Shown piece by piece: positions 38,130 to 47,974 of a stretch of DNA of 64,000 nt. This stretch comes from Candidatus Dactylopiibacterium sp. (GTDB taxonomy: Bacteria > Pseudomonadota > Gammaproteobacteria > Burkholderiales > Rhodocyclaceae), in assembly GCA_031119555.1 (NCBI GenBank), contig JAVHXQ010000005.1, forward strand, positions 5,500-69,499, read 5' to 3'. Numbering within the stretch: position 1 is the first letter of the stretch; the number at the start of each line of letters is the position of its first letter. The translations under genes were made by a program, and so were the position numbers. A model generated the notes under the pieces. It ran no database searches. It saw only the letters and a program-made list of their open reading frames with translations, and was not told where the DNA came from.

Positions 38130-38402
38130 ATGCGAACCCTCACTCTCGTCGCCGTGTGCGCCGTGCTTGCCGCGTGCTCGGGCCAGCAGGTGAAGGAAGA
38201 CTCCCGCGCCGCCAGCGGTGAAGTGGCCAAGGGCGCCAAGGCCGTCGCCAACGGCGCCGTCGATGCCGCCAGGACCGTCAAGGACACGGCCGTGGAGGTC
38301 TATCACGGCGCGAAGGACGTCGGCAAACAGATCGGCTCGGACGCCGCCGACGTGGGCCGCGACGTGAAGCAGAAAACGCGCGAGACCTTCAAGGGCGACT
38401 GA
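38130..38402 (+). CDS. small hypothetical lipoprotein (90 aa)
   Basis: GGAGA lies 5 nt upstream of ATG 38130. The lipobox is VLAAC. The mature part is a repetitive Ala/Lys/Asp-rich sequence. Confidence 0.6.
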   Translation: MRTLTLVAVCAVLAACSGQQVKEDSRAASGEVAKGAKAVANGAVDAARTVKDTAVEVYHGAKDVGKQIGSDAADVGRDVKQKTRETFKGD

Positions 38403-38481
38403 ACGGACGCCCCGGGCTCGTCCACGGGGGGCGTTCCTGCGACAATGCGGACTCCCCGCAGGCCGCCTCCAGGTTGCATCC

Positions 38482-41400
38482 ATGTCCCAGCCGCATCCGT
38501 ACGTCCGCCCCGCGATCCGCATTCGCGGCGCGCGCCAGAACAATCTCAAGAACGTCTCGCTCGACATCCCGACCGGCGAACTCGTCGTCGTGACCGGCCC
38601 GTCGGGCTCGGGCAAGAGTTCGCTGGTGTTCGACACGCTGTACGCCGAAGGCCAGCGTCGCTACGTCGAGACCTTCTCGCCCTACGCGCGCCAGTTTCTC
38701 GACCGCATGGACAAGCCGCAGGTGGACGCCATCGAGGGCGTGCCGCCGGCGATCGCGATCGACCAGACCAACCAGGTGCGCACGTCGCGTTCCACGGTCG
38801 GCACCATGACCGAGCTGGCCGACTACCTCAAGCTGCTGTGGGCGCGCGCGGGCCACCTCCACTGCAAGGGCTGCGGCCAGCGCGTCGAGCGCGAAACGCC
38901 GCAGACCCTGCTCGCCACGCTGGCCTCGCGCTGCCCGCGTCACGACGACCCGCGCCTGGCGATCGTGGCGCCGATCGCGATTCCCGACAATTTCACGGCC
39001 GACGAGATGCGTGGTCACCTCGAACGCCAGGGCTTCACGCGCACCGTCGAGGATGACGCCCGCCTGCTCGTGACGGTGGACCGCTTCCGCCTCGGCAATG
39101 CCGAGACCGCGCGCGTCACCGAGGCCATCGAAAGCGCGCTGCGCCTGGGCCAGGGCCGCATCGAGGTGCATCTGGGCGGAGAAGCCCTCGCCGGCGAGGC
39201 CGCGCGCACCGGCACGATCTGGAAATTCTCGGCCGACCTGCACTGCGCCGACTGCGACATCCATTACGCGGAACCCACGCCCGCGCACTTCTCGTTCAAC
39301 TCGGCGGTCGGCGCCTGCGACACCTGCCGCGGCTTCGGCCGCGTGATCGGCATCGATCCCGGCCTGATCGTGCCCGACGCCGCCAAAACGCTCGCCCAGG
39401 GCGCCGTGAAGCCGTGGCAGAGCGAGAGTTACAACGAAGCCCAGCGCGAACTCATGATGATGGCCAAGCGTCGCGGCGTGGCCACCGACATCGCCTGGCG
39501 CGACCTGCCGGAAGAGCACCGCCAGTGGGTCATGGAAGGGGAGCCGGAGTTCAAGAGCTGGGAGCGTTCCTGGCCCAGGTACTGGTACGGCGTGCGGCGC
39601 TTCTTCGACTGGCTGGAAACCAAGGCCTACAAGATGCACATCCGCGTGCTCCTGTCGCGCTACCGCGCCTACACCGACTGCCCGGCCTGCGACGGCGCGC
39701 GCCTGAAGACCGACTCGCTGCTGTGGCGCGTGGGCACGCGCGCGGGAGCCGACGCGGCCCTGGCCGCAAGCGGGAACGGCGCAGGCGCCATGCCCGCGCG
39801 GCAGCGCTTCCGCCCGCGCGGCGTGCGGCTGTCCGACGAGAAGCTGCAGGCCCTGCCCGGACTTTCCATCCACGACGCCATGCGGCTGCCCGTGGAACGC
39901 GCGCGCGACTTTTTCGCGCAGCTCGAGGTGGAAGGCAGCGCGGGCGAGGCGGTGGAACTCGTCATGCAGGAAATCCGTGGCCGCCTCGATTACCTGTGCG
40001 CGGTGGGCCTGGGCTACCTCACGCTGGACCGCCAGAGCCGCACGCTCTCGGGCGGCGAGGTCCAGCGCATCAACCTGACCACGGCGCTGGGCACCTCGCT
40101 GGTCAACACCCTGTTCGTGCTCGACGAACCCTCCATCGGCCTGCACCCGCGCGACATCGACCGCATCAACGGCGTGATGCGCCGCCTGCGCGACGCGGGC
40201 AACTCGCTGGTGGTCGTCGAACACGACCCGGCCGTGATGCTCAATGCCGACCGCATCATCGACGTGGGCCCCGGCCCCGGTGCCGCGGGCGGCTCCATCG
40301 TGTTCAACGGCACACCGGCGGAGCTGATCGCCAGCGCGCCCGCCCATCCGCGCGACGCGCAGGCCGCCGGCTCCCTGACCGCGCAGTTCCTGGCGGGCCG
40401 CCGGCAGGTGGATGCCGGTCTGGTGCGCCAGCCCGTGGACGCGCGAACGCCGCGCCTCGAGCTGCGCGGAGCCACCGCCAACAATCTGCGCCGCGTGGAC
40501 CTCGCCGTGCCGCTGGGCCGCCTGGTGTGCGTGACCGGCGTATCGGGCTCGGGCAAGTCCACGCTGATCCAGGACGTGCTGTGGCCCGCGCTCAAGAAGG
40601 CCAAGGGCGAGCCGACCGAGGCGCCGGGCGCGTTCGAAACGCTTCACGGCGACGCCCTCATCGAAGCGGTGGTGATGGTGGACCAGAGCCCCATCGGCAA
40701 GACCACGCGCTCCAACCCGGCGAGCTACGTCGGCGCCTTCGACGTGATCCGCAAGCGCTTCGCGGCACTGCCCGAAGCCCAGCAGCGCGGCTATACCGCC
40801 GGCACCTTCTCGTTCAATTCCGGCGACGGACGCTGCCCGACCTGTGGCGGCAACGGCTTCGAGCATGTCGAGATGCAGTTCCTCTCCGACGTATACCTGC
40901 GCTGCCCGGATTGCGACGGGCGCCGCTACCGCCCGGAAGTCCTCGAGCTCAGGCTCGCCGGCCAGAGCATCGCGGAAGTGCTGGAGCTGACCTGCGCCGA
41001 TGCGCTGCGCTTCTTCGACGGCGACCGCGAACTCACGCGTGCGATCCAGCCGCTCGTCGATGTGGGCCTGGACTACCTCACGCTGGGCCAGCCCGTGCCC
41101 ACGCTGTCGGGCGGCGAGGCGCAGCGCCTCAAGCTCGCGGGCCACCTCGCCGAGTACGCCGCGAAGACCTCCCGGAAGAAAGCCGCCGCCGACAAGGGCT
41201 CGCTCTTCCTGTTCGACGAACCCACCACCGGCCTGCATTTCGGCGACATCGAAAAGCTGCTGCGCGCGCTGCGCGCGCTCGTCGCGGCCGGCAACACGGT
41301 GCTCGTGGTCGAACACAACCTGGACGTGATGCGCGCCGCCGACTGGCTCATCGACCTCGGCCCCGAAGGCGGCGACGGCGGTGGCGAGATCCTCGTCGCG

Positions 41401-44196
41401 GGCACGACCGACGACCTCATCGCGGAGCCGCGCTCGCACACCGGCCGGGCGCTGGCGGCCTACGCGGCAGGCAGCGCGCAGCCCCTGCCGGCGGCACACG
41501 CCGCCGAGCCGGCCAGCCACTACCGCGCCGTGCCGCAGCTGGATGCCATCGACGTAGTGCATGCGCGCGAGCACAACCTCAAGAACGTGTCGCTGGCGAT
41601 CCGCCACAACACCTTCACGGTAGTCACCGGCGTTTCGGGTTCGGGCAAATCCACGCTCGCCTTCGACATCGTGTTCGCCGAAGGCCAGCGCCGCTACCTC
41701 GAATCGCTGAACGCCTACGCGCGGCAGTTCGTGCAGCCCGCGAGCAAGCCGGACGTGGACGCCATCCACGGCATTCCGCCCACCGTGGCCATCGAACAGC
41801 GCACGAGCCGGGGCGGGCGCAAGAGCACGGTCGGCACGCTCACCGAGGTCCACCACTTCCTGCGCCTGCTCTACGTGAAGCTCGGCACCCAGCACTGCCC
41901 CGACTGCGGCTGCGCGATCGAACCCCAATCCGAGGACGCCATCGCCGCGCGCATCCTGCGCGAGTACAAGGGCCGCAAGGTCGGTCTGCTGGCGCCGCTG
42001 GTGGTCAACCGCAAGGGGCTCTACACCGACCTCGCGAAGTGGGCCAAGGGCAAGGGCTACACGCATCTGCGCGTCGACGGCGAATTCCTGCCGGTGGCCC
42101 CCTGGCCGCGTCTGGACCGCTTCAAGGAGCACAACATCGAGCTGCCCGTGGCCGACCTGGACGTGCGCGCCGACAACGAAGCCGAGCTGCGCGAAAAGCT
42201 CGCCGCGACGCTGCACACCGGCAAGGGCACGCTGCGTCTCATCACCCCCGAGGGCGACGACGTGGTGCTCTCCACGCTGCGCGCCTGCCCCGCGTGCGGC
42301 ACGAGCTTTCCCGAGCTGGACCCGCGCCTGTTCTCGTACAACTCCAAGCACGGCTGGTGCGAGAGCTGCTGCGGCACGGGCGTCGAGATTCCGAAGTGGA
42401 TGAAAGACCCCGAGGTCGACGTCGCCGAGATGGAATTCGCCGGCCTGGACGATGGCGAGGGCGCCGAAGTGGCGTGCCGCGCCTGTCATGGCGAACGCCT
42501 CAACCCGGTGGCGCGCGCCGTGAAGTACCGCGACGAGTCCATCACGCAGATGAGCCGGCGCTCGGTGAACGCGCTCGCCGCGTGGGTCGATGCGCTGCGG
42601 CTCGAAGGCCGCGAGGCCGGCATCGGCCGCGACATCGTCAGCGAGCTGCGCCACCGCCTCGCCTTCCTGCGCGACGTGGGCCTGGGCTACCTCGCGCTGG
42701 ACCGCGCCGCCCCCACGCTTTCGGGCGGCGAGGCGCAGCGCATCCGGCTCGCCTCGCAACTGGGCAGCAACCTGCGCGGCGTGTGCTACGTGCTCGACGA
42801 ACCTTCGATCGGCCTGCATCCGCGCGACAACGGCGTGCTGCTCGACATGCTCGGCGCGCTGCGCGAGAAGGGCAACACCGTGATCGTCGTCGAGCACGAC
42901 GAGGAAACCATCCGCCGCGCCGATGAAGTGCTGGACCTCGGCCCCGGCGCCGGCACGCGTGGCGGCCGGCTGGTCGCCCAGGGCGATGCCGCCGCGCTGG
43001 TGGCCGCGCCCGAATCCGTCACCGGCCGCTGCCTGCGCGAACCTCTGCAGCACCCCTTGCACGGCCGCGCCGCGCCCACCCCCGCCGACGCCGCGATCCG
43101 CCTCGCGGGCGCCACCCTGCACAACCTGCGGAACGTGTCGGCGCAGATCCCGCTGAATCGCCTCACGGTGGTCACGGGCGTGTCGGGGTCGGGCAAATCG
43201 ACGCTGGCGCGCGACGTGCTGCATGCCGACCTCAAGCGCCTCGTCGGCAGTGACGAAGGCGCGGGGGCGAGCCCCGGCCGGCGCGGCAAGGCCGCGCCCC
43301 TGCCGCCGCGCCAGGCCGCCCGGAGCGCGCCTGGCCATGCGATCACGGGCTGGGAGGCGGTGGGTCGCGTGCTGGAAGTCGACCAGACGCCGATCGGCAA
43401 GACGCCGCGCTCCTGCCCCGCCACCTACGTGGGCTTCTGGGACGAAATCCGCAAGCTCTTCGCCGGCACCGAAACAGCCAAGCTGCGGGGCTGGACGGCC
43501 GCGCGCTTCTCGTTCAACACGGGCGACGGCCGCTGCCCCGCCTGCGACGGCGCGGGCGTGCAGACGGTGGCGATGAACTTCCTGCCCGACGTGAAAGTGC
43601 GCTGCGAGGTCTGCGGCGGCGCGCGCTTCAACGCCGACACCCTGACCGCCACCTGGCGCGGGAAATCCATCGCCGAAGTCCTCGCGATGGAAGTCGACGA
43701 GGCCGTCGGGTTCTTCGCCGCGCATCCGAAGGTGAGCCATCCGCTCCGGCTGCTGCAGGACGTGGGGCTGGGCTATCTCACGCTGGGCCAGGCCTCGCCG
43801 ACGCTGTCGGGCGGCGAGGCCCAGCGCATCAAGCTCGTGACGGAACTGGCCAAGGTCAAGACCGATCCGGCCGCGCGCGCCTCGCGCTTTCGCAGCCCGC
43901 ACACGCTGTACGTGCTCGACGAGCCCACGGTGGGGCTGCACATGGCCGACGTGGCACGGCTCATCACGGTGCTGCACCGCCTCGTGGACGCCGGCAACAC
44001 CGCGCTCGTGATCGAGCACGACCTGGACGTGATGGCCGAAGCCGACTGGCTCATCGACATGGGCCCCGAGGGCGGGGAGGACGGCGGCCGCGTGGTGTAC
44101 GAAGGGCCGCTGGCCGGAGTGATCGACGCGGGCACGCACACGGGGCGCGCGCTCGCCGCGTTCCTCGCGAGGAGTGCGCGTCCGCCGGCGTCCTGA
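38482..44196 (+). CDS. uvrA: UvrA-family ATPase, tandem fusion of two complete UvrA modules (1904 aa)
   Basis: There are four Walker A loops (near 38596, 40536, 41627 and 43174), four LSGGE signatures, and three CxxC-pair zinc modules in each half. The second module begins around nt 41545 (..AIDVVHAREHNLKNVSL..). Confidence 0.9.
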   Translation: MSQPHPYVRPAIRIRGARQNNLKNVSLDIPTGELVVVTGPSGSGKSSLVFDTLYAEGQRRYVETFSPYARQFLDRMDKPQVDAIEGVPPAIAIDQTNQVRTSRSTVGTMTELADYLKLLWARAGHLHCKGCGQRVERETPQTLLATLASRCPRHDDPRLAIVAPIAIPDNFTADEMRGHLERQGFTRTVEDDARLLVTVDRFRLGNAETARVTEAIESALRLGQGRIEVHLGGEALAGEAARTGTIWKFSADLHCADCDIHYAEPTPAHFSFNSAVGACDTCRGFGRVIGIDPGLIVPDAAKTLAQGAVKPWQSESYNEAQRELMMMAKRRGVATDIAWRDLPEEHRQWVMEGEPEFKSWERSWPRYWYGVRRFFDWLETKAYKMHIRVLLSRYRAYTDCPACDGARLKTDSLLWRVGTRAGADAALAASGNGAGAMPARQRFRPRGVRLSDEKLQALPGLSIHDAMRLPVERARDFFAQLEVEGSAGEAVELVMQEIRGRLDYLCAVGLGYLTLDRQSRTLSGGEVQRINLTTALGTSLVNTLFVLDEPSIGLHPRDIDRINGVMRRLRDAGNSLVVVEHDPAVMLNADRIIDVGPGPGAAGGSIVFNGTPAELIASAPAHPRDAQAAGSLTAQFLAGRRQVDAGLVRQPVDARTPRLELRGATANNLRRVDLAVPLGRLVCVTGVSGSGKSTLIQDVLWPALKKAKGEPTEAPGAFETLHGDALIEAVVMVDQSPIGKTTRSNPASYVGAFDVIRKRFAALPEAQQRGYTAGTFSFNSGDGRCPTCGGNGFEHVEMQFLSDVYLRCPDCDGRRYRPEVLELRLAGQSIAEVLELTCADALRFFDGDRELTRAIQPLVDVGLDYLTLGQPVPTLSGGEAQRLKLAGHLAEYAAKTSRKKAAADKGSLFLFDEPTTGLHFGDIEKLLRALRALVAAGNTVLVVEHNLDVMRAADWLIDLGPEGGDGGGEILVAGTTDDLIAEPRSHTGRALAAYAAGSAQPLPAAHAAEPASHYRAVPQLDAIDVVHAREHNLKNVSLAIRHNTFTVVTGVSGSGKSTLAFDIVFAEGQRRYLESLNAYARQFVQPASKPDVDAIHGIPPTVAIEQRTSRGGRKSTVGTLTEVHHFLRLLYVKLGTQHCPDCGCAIEPQSEDAIAARILREYKGRKVGLLAPLVVNRKGLYTDLAKWAKGKGYTHLRVDGEFLPVAPWPRLDRFKEHNIELPVADLDVRADNEAELREKLAATLHTGKGTLRLITPEGDDVVLSTLRACPACGTSFPELDPRLFSYNSKHGWCESCCGTGVEIPKWMKDPEVDVAEMEFAGLDDGEGAEVACRACHGERLNPVARAVKYRDESITQMSRRSVNALAAWVDALRLEGREAGIGRDIVSELRHRLAFLRDVGLGYLALDRAAPTLSGGEAQRIRLASQLGSNLRGVCYVLDEPSIGLHPRDNGVLLDMLGALREKGNTVIVVEHDEETIRRADEVLDLGPGAGTRGGRLVAQGDAAALVAAPESVTGRCLREPLQHPLHGRAAPTPADAAIRLAGATLHNLRNVSAQIPLNRLTVVTGVSGSGKSTLARDVLHADLKRLVGSDEGAGASPGRRGKAAPLPPRQAARSAPGHAITGWEAVGRVLEVDQTPIGKTPRSCPATYVGFWDEIRKLFAGTETAKLRGWTAARFSFNTGDGRCPACDGAGVQTVAMNFLPDVKVRCEVCGGARFNADTLTATWRGKSIAEVLAMEVDEAVGFFAAHPKVSHPLRLLQDVGLGYLTLGQASPTLSGGEAQRIKLVTELAKVKTDPAARASRFRSPHTLYVLDEPTVGLHMADVARLITVLHRLVDAGNTALVIEHDLDVMAEADWLIDMGPEGGEDGGRVVYEGPLAGVIDAGTHTGRALAAFLARSARPPAS

Positions 44197-44220
44197 CGCC
44201 GGCCCGCCCGCGCGCTGGGC

Positions 44221-46236
44221 TCAGAACTCGACCGCGACCGCGCCGTACACCATGGCCGACACGCGGTTCGCGGCACGCTCGCCGACCACGCGCTGCAGCG
44301 AGCGGTCGGCGATCTCCTGGTGGCGCCCGCCGAGGTTGATGGCGTTGAGCGAATACTCGACGCGGGCACCGGACGCCGCGCGGCGCGCCCAGGCCACGCG
44401 CGCATCGAAGGTGGTGTAGGCGCGCGCCACGTAGTCGTGGATGGGGATGATGCCGTCGCCCCCCGCGAGCGGCCCCATGCGCAGCCCCGTGAGCATGGAA
44501 CTCCAGCCGCCGCCCCATGCCTGCCGCCACGACAGGCTGGCCACGTAGGGCGCGGCGCGGTGGCGCAGCGCGGGCTGCGCCTGCACGCGCATGACGGCGT
44601 GGTTGAGCAGGAGGTCCGCGCCCCGCCACGGACTCACGCGCAGCTGGTACTCGGCGCCGGTCAGCACGACGGCGTCGGCGGCATTCGCGTAGCGCGCCGA
44701 ATCCTCGGCGCTCGCCAGCGCCGGCGCGATGTCGGAGAGCGCGGCTTCGCGGTAGATGAAATCGGTGATGCGCTCGCGGAACAGGCGCACGTCCAGGCGG
44801 GCCTCCAGCGGACGGAAGCGGCCCAGATAGCCGGCCTCGACGCTGTCCACGCGGGCCTGGCGCAACTCGGGGTTGGGCACGTAGGGCTGCTGGATCAGCA
44901 CGCCCGTGGTGCGCTCGACGGCGCGCACGTCGCCCTCTTTCTCGAAGGTCGGACGCTGCGTCCACGCGCGCGCGGCGCCCACGCGCAAGGTATCGCTGCG
45001 GCTGGCCTGCCAGTTCAGGAAGACGCGCGGCGCGAGATGCGACGGCTCATGCTCGAACTGCTCCAGCGCGGCGCCGGACGTCAGCTGCCAGGCGGGCGCG
45101 AACTTCCATTCGACGTTGCCGAAGAGCCGCCCCATCCGCGTCGCCACATCCTCCTGGCCGGCGTACAGGAAGGGCGCATGCACGACATCGCGGCGCCACT
45201 CGCCGCCCCACACGGCCTGCACGCGCTCGCCCGGCTGATGCCGGCGCTGGAGTTCGAAATGGTCGCGCGTGGCGCGCCGGTTCAGATCGATGGGCACCGC
45301 GGGACCGTCGGGGAACCCCGCCGAGGCGGGGCCGCGGGCATCCCAGCGCTCGGCCAGGCGCTCCTGGTTGCGGTAGTAGCTCAGCAGCCACTCTTCGCCG
45401 GGGCCGCCCATGCGGCGCCACTGCGCATGCAGGGTGAAGTTCTGTCCGTGCGGCTCGCGCAGGCCGTTGTTGTTGTACATCGACTGCGCGTAGCCGGCCT
45501 CGCGGCGCGTATCGGCCCCGCCCAGCCGCAGGCTGAGCTCGTCACGCGCCGACACGCGCAGGTCACCGCGCAGGCTCAGCACGCTGTTCTCGCTGCGGTC
45601 GTGCAGCCCCCGGAAGCCGTCGTCGCGCCGCCGCAGCGCCGAGAACGCATAGCTCGCCGCGCCCACGCGGGCGCCGCCGCCCAGACTCGCGTCGAGCAGG
45701 CCGGGCCGCCCGCCCGACAATGCCGCGCGGGTTGCCACGGGCTCGGCGGAATGGCGCGTGATGAGGTTGATGACGCCCATGAACGCGTTCGCGCCATAGG
45801 TCACGGGGTTGGAGCCGCGCACGATCTCGATGCGCTCGATGTCGTCCGGGGTGACCGGCAGCCCCAGCCAGTCCACGCCGCCGAAGCTCGCGGGCGAATA
45901 CACCGAGCGTCCGTCGATGAGCACCTGCATCTCGGAGGGATAGGTCGTGGACAGGCCGTGGTAGGTCACCCACTGTGAGCTGCCGCGCTCCTGCCCGACC
46001 TGCATGCCGGGCACGAGGCGGAACAGGCGCGCGAGGTCGCGGTAGCCGGTCGCCCGGATGAAGTCGCGGTCGATCACGGTGATCGCGCCGGGCGCCTCGT
46101 GGATCGCCTGCGGCAGGCGCGAAGCGCTCAGGATCGTGGGCAGGCTCTCGAAGTAGGCGTCTTCCGCCGCCGCCGTGGCGGACAGCGACCAGCTCATGGC
46201 GCAGGCGGCCAGGGCACATGACGAACGGGTGGGCAT
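44221..46236 (-). CDS. TonB-dependent receptor
   Basis: 671 aa from ATG 46234..46236. It has a signal peptide, a plug region (ITVIDRDFIRATGYRDLARLFRLVPGMQV; IERIEIVRGSNPVTYGANAF), and a C-terminal aromatic (..AVAVEF). Confidence 0.85.
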   Translation of the reverse strand: MPTRSSCALAACAMSWSLSATAAAEDAYFESLPTILSASRLPQAIHEAPGAITVIDRDFIRATGYRDLARLFRLVPGMQVGQERGSSQWVTYHGLSTTYPSEMQVLIDGRSVYSPASFGGVDWLGLPVTPDDIERIEIVRGSNPVTYGANAFMGVINLITRHSAEPVATRAALSGGRPGLLDASLGGGARVGAASYAFSALRRRDDGFRGLHDRSENSVLSLRGDLRVSARDELSLRLGGADTRREAGYAQSMYNNNGLREPHGQNFTLHAQWRRMGGPGEEWLLSYYRNQERLAERWDARGPASAGFPDGPAVPIDLNRRATRDHFELQRRHQPGERVQAVWGGEWRRDVVHAPFLYAGQEDVATRMGRLFGNVEWKFAPAWQLTSGAALEQFEHEPSHLAPRVFLNWQASRSDTLRVGAARAWTQRPTFEKEGDVRAVERTTGVLIQQPYVPNPELRQARVDSVEAGYLGRFRPLEARLDVRLFRERITDFIYREAALSDIAPALASAEDSARYANAADAVVLTGAEYQLRVSPWRGADLLLNHAVMRVQAQPALRHRAAPYVASLSWRQAWGGGWSSMLTGLRMGPLAGGDGIIPIHDYVARAYTTFDARVAWARRAASGARVEYSLNAINLGGRHQEIADRSLQRVVGERAANRVSAMVYGAVAVEF

Positions 46237-46394
46237 GCGCGGATTATCGCAGCCCGGCCGGCGGCGGTCCGAGCACAAAATCACGTTCGCCCGGGCACCT
46301 GCCCTCCTGTGTGGTGCAAACGGAATCTGTGCTAGCCTCGCGTGGCGTCCGGGCCCGCCCGGGCGTCCGGTCTTTCCTCTTTCCTGCCTGCCTC

Positions 46395-47213
46395 ATGTCT
46401 TCACGTCCGAATCCGCCGGCCCACCACGGCCTGGCTCACCTGCCGCGCCCGCGCAGCGTTTCCACCTTCCGCTGCCTGTCCTGGCTGGCCGCCGGCTGGC
46501 GCCTGTTCGCGGCACGCCCGGCCGAATGGATCCTCATGGCGCTGGGCACCTTCGTGCTGCTCGCGCTCTCCACCCTGCTCGTGCCGCTGCCGCTGGTGGG
46601 CCCGCTCGTGCCGCCCCTGCTGCTGGCGCTGCTCATGGGCGGCATGCTCCATGCCGCGAGGCTGCAGCGCGCCAGCCAGCCGGGCGGCGTGGAGCTGCTG
46701 TTCTCGGGCGCGCGCCTGCACCCGGGCAACCTCACGCTGGTGGGCCTGTTCTTCGCCGCGCCGCTGATCCTCGTGCATCTGCTGGTGTATCTGGCGCTGA
46801 GCGGCGGCGTGCTCGTGAGCGTCTTCGGCATCTCGCTCGGAACCACCCTCAACGCAGCCGTGGCGGGCCTGCTCGGAATGCTCGCCGACCTGGGCATCGC
46901 GCTCGCCGTCTTCCTGCTGCTGTGGGGCCTGATGATGCTCTCACTGCTGCTCGCGCCCGCGCTCATCATGTTCAACGACATCGCCTCCTTCGACGCGATG
47001 CGCCTGTCGCTGAGCGCGAGCCTGCGCAACCTCGCCACGATGTTCGTGCTGGCCGTGCTGCTCTACGTGCTCTTCGGCCTGGCCCTGCTGCCGGCGGGCC
47101 TGGGCATCCTCATCTACGTGCCGGTCGTCGTCGGCACGATCGCCGCCGCGCACGCGGATCTGTTCGAAGCGGAGGCCGTCGCGGCCCTGCCCGCCGCCGG
47201 GGAGGGCGTCTGA
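46395..47213 (+). CDS. polytopic membrane protein (BPSS1780-like family, by recollection), paralogue 1
   Basis: 272 aa from ATG 46395, with about 6 hydrophobic helices. It is alignable by eye with the next ORF. Confidence 0.65.
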   Translation: MSSRPNPPAHHGLAHLPRPRSVSTFRCLSWLAAGWRLFAARPAEWILMALGTFVLLALSTLLVPLPLVGPLVPPLLLALLMGGMLHAARLQRASQPGGVELLFSGARLHPGNLTLVGLFFAAPLILVHLLVYLALSGGVLVSVFGISLGTTLNAAVAGLLGMLADLGIALAVFLLLWGLMMLSLLLAPALIMFNDIASFDAMRLSLSASLRNLATMFVLAVLLYVLFGLALLPAGLGILIYVPVVVGTIAAAHADLFEAEAVAALPAAGEGV

Positions 47214-47974
47214 TGCAGGCACGCCGCTTTCCCGCCAGCCAGGGCTGGGTATGGCTGAAGCAGGGTTTCGCGCTGTGGCGCCGCGCGCCCATCGTGCTGA
47301 CCGGCGCCTGCCTCACGATGTTCATGCTGCTGCTCGTCTCGGCCATCCTGCCCGTGCTGGGGCAGGTGCTGCCGGCGCTGCTGCTGCCGCCGCTGGGGGT
47401 GGGCATGTTCCTGCTCTGCGGCGAGATCCGCCGCCAGGGCACGCCCTCGCCGGGATTCCTGTTCCAGGGCTTCCGCCTGAACCTGCCGCGCCAGTTCGCG
47501 ATCGGCGCGATGCGTCTGGTCGGTCAGCTGCTGTGCATGCTGGCGGCCGCCAAGCTGTCGGGGCTGGACCCCTCCACGCCGCTGGGCAAGCTTTCCTCCG
47601 ACGGCACGGTGCTGCAGATCGTGCCGCAGTTCCGCAGCTTCGTGACGTGGTTCGCCGCGCTCGGGCTGCCGCTGGAACTGTGCTTCTGGTTTTCGCCCCA
47701 GCTCGTCGCGCTGGGCGGCGTGAGCCCGTTCAAGTCGGTGTTCTTCAGCGTCATCGCGTGCTGGCGCAACCTGCCCGCGATCGTCGTCTGCCTCGTGGCG
47801 TGGGCCGTGCTGTTCGGCCTGTTGCCGGCCTTCGTCATGAATCTCATCGGCGCCGCGCTGCCCGCGCTCAGCGCGCTGCTGATCGCGCCGCTGATGCTGG
47901 TGATGATGCCGGTGTTCTACGCGAGCTTCCACGCCAGCGCCACGGACATCTTCGGCGAGACGCTGCGCACATGA
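47213..47974 (+). CDS. polytopic membrane protein, paralogue 2
   Basis: 253 aa. ATG 47213 overlaps the upstream stop (TGATG). It shares W.L..G..L....P, GxLFxGxR and RNL..(V/I)..VLFGL blocks with paralogue 1. Confidence 0.65.
   Translation: MQARRFPASQGWVWLKQGFALWRRAPIVLTGACLTMFMLLLVSAILPVLGQVLPALLLPPLGVGMFLLCGEIRRQGTPSPGFLFQGFRLNLPRQFAIGAMRLVGQLLCMLAAAKLSGLDPSTPLGKLSSDGTVLQIVPQFRSFVTWFAALGLPLELCFWFSPQLVALGGVSPFKSVFFSVIACWRNLPAIVVCLVAWAVLFGLLPAFVMNLIGAALPALSALLIAPLMLVMMPVFYASFHASATDIFGETLRT

Noticed and set aside
38403-38481. An SOS (LexA) box upstream of the fused uvrA.
   Set aside because: No CTGT-N8-ACAG or similar dyad is present. There is only a GC hairpin (ACGCCCC...GGGGCGT), probably terminating the upstream lipoprotein gene.
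38389-44139. A 1916-aa minus-strand ORF mirroring the whole UvrA gene. Similar giant antisense ORFs occur at 2832..6773 (1313 aa), 28852..32838 (1328 aa), 7404..9605, 56013..58340 and elsewhere.
   Set aside because: Stop codons are AT-rich, so long open antisense frames are expected in a ~68% GC genome. Their translations are Arg/Ala/Gly/His-rich low-complexity sequence with no family signatures. The sense strands encode unmistakable conserved proteins.
46237-46394. A possible cobalamin riboswitch or Fur box in the leader of the TonB-dependent receptor.
   Set aside because: The spacer is only ~158 bp and is shared with a divergent gene. I could find no B12-box-like core (..GCCACTG..) and no Fur-like AT-rich palindrome.
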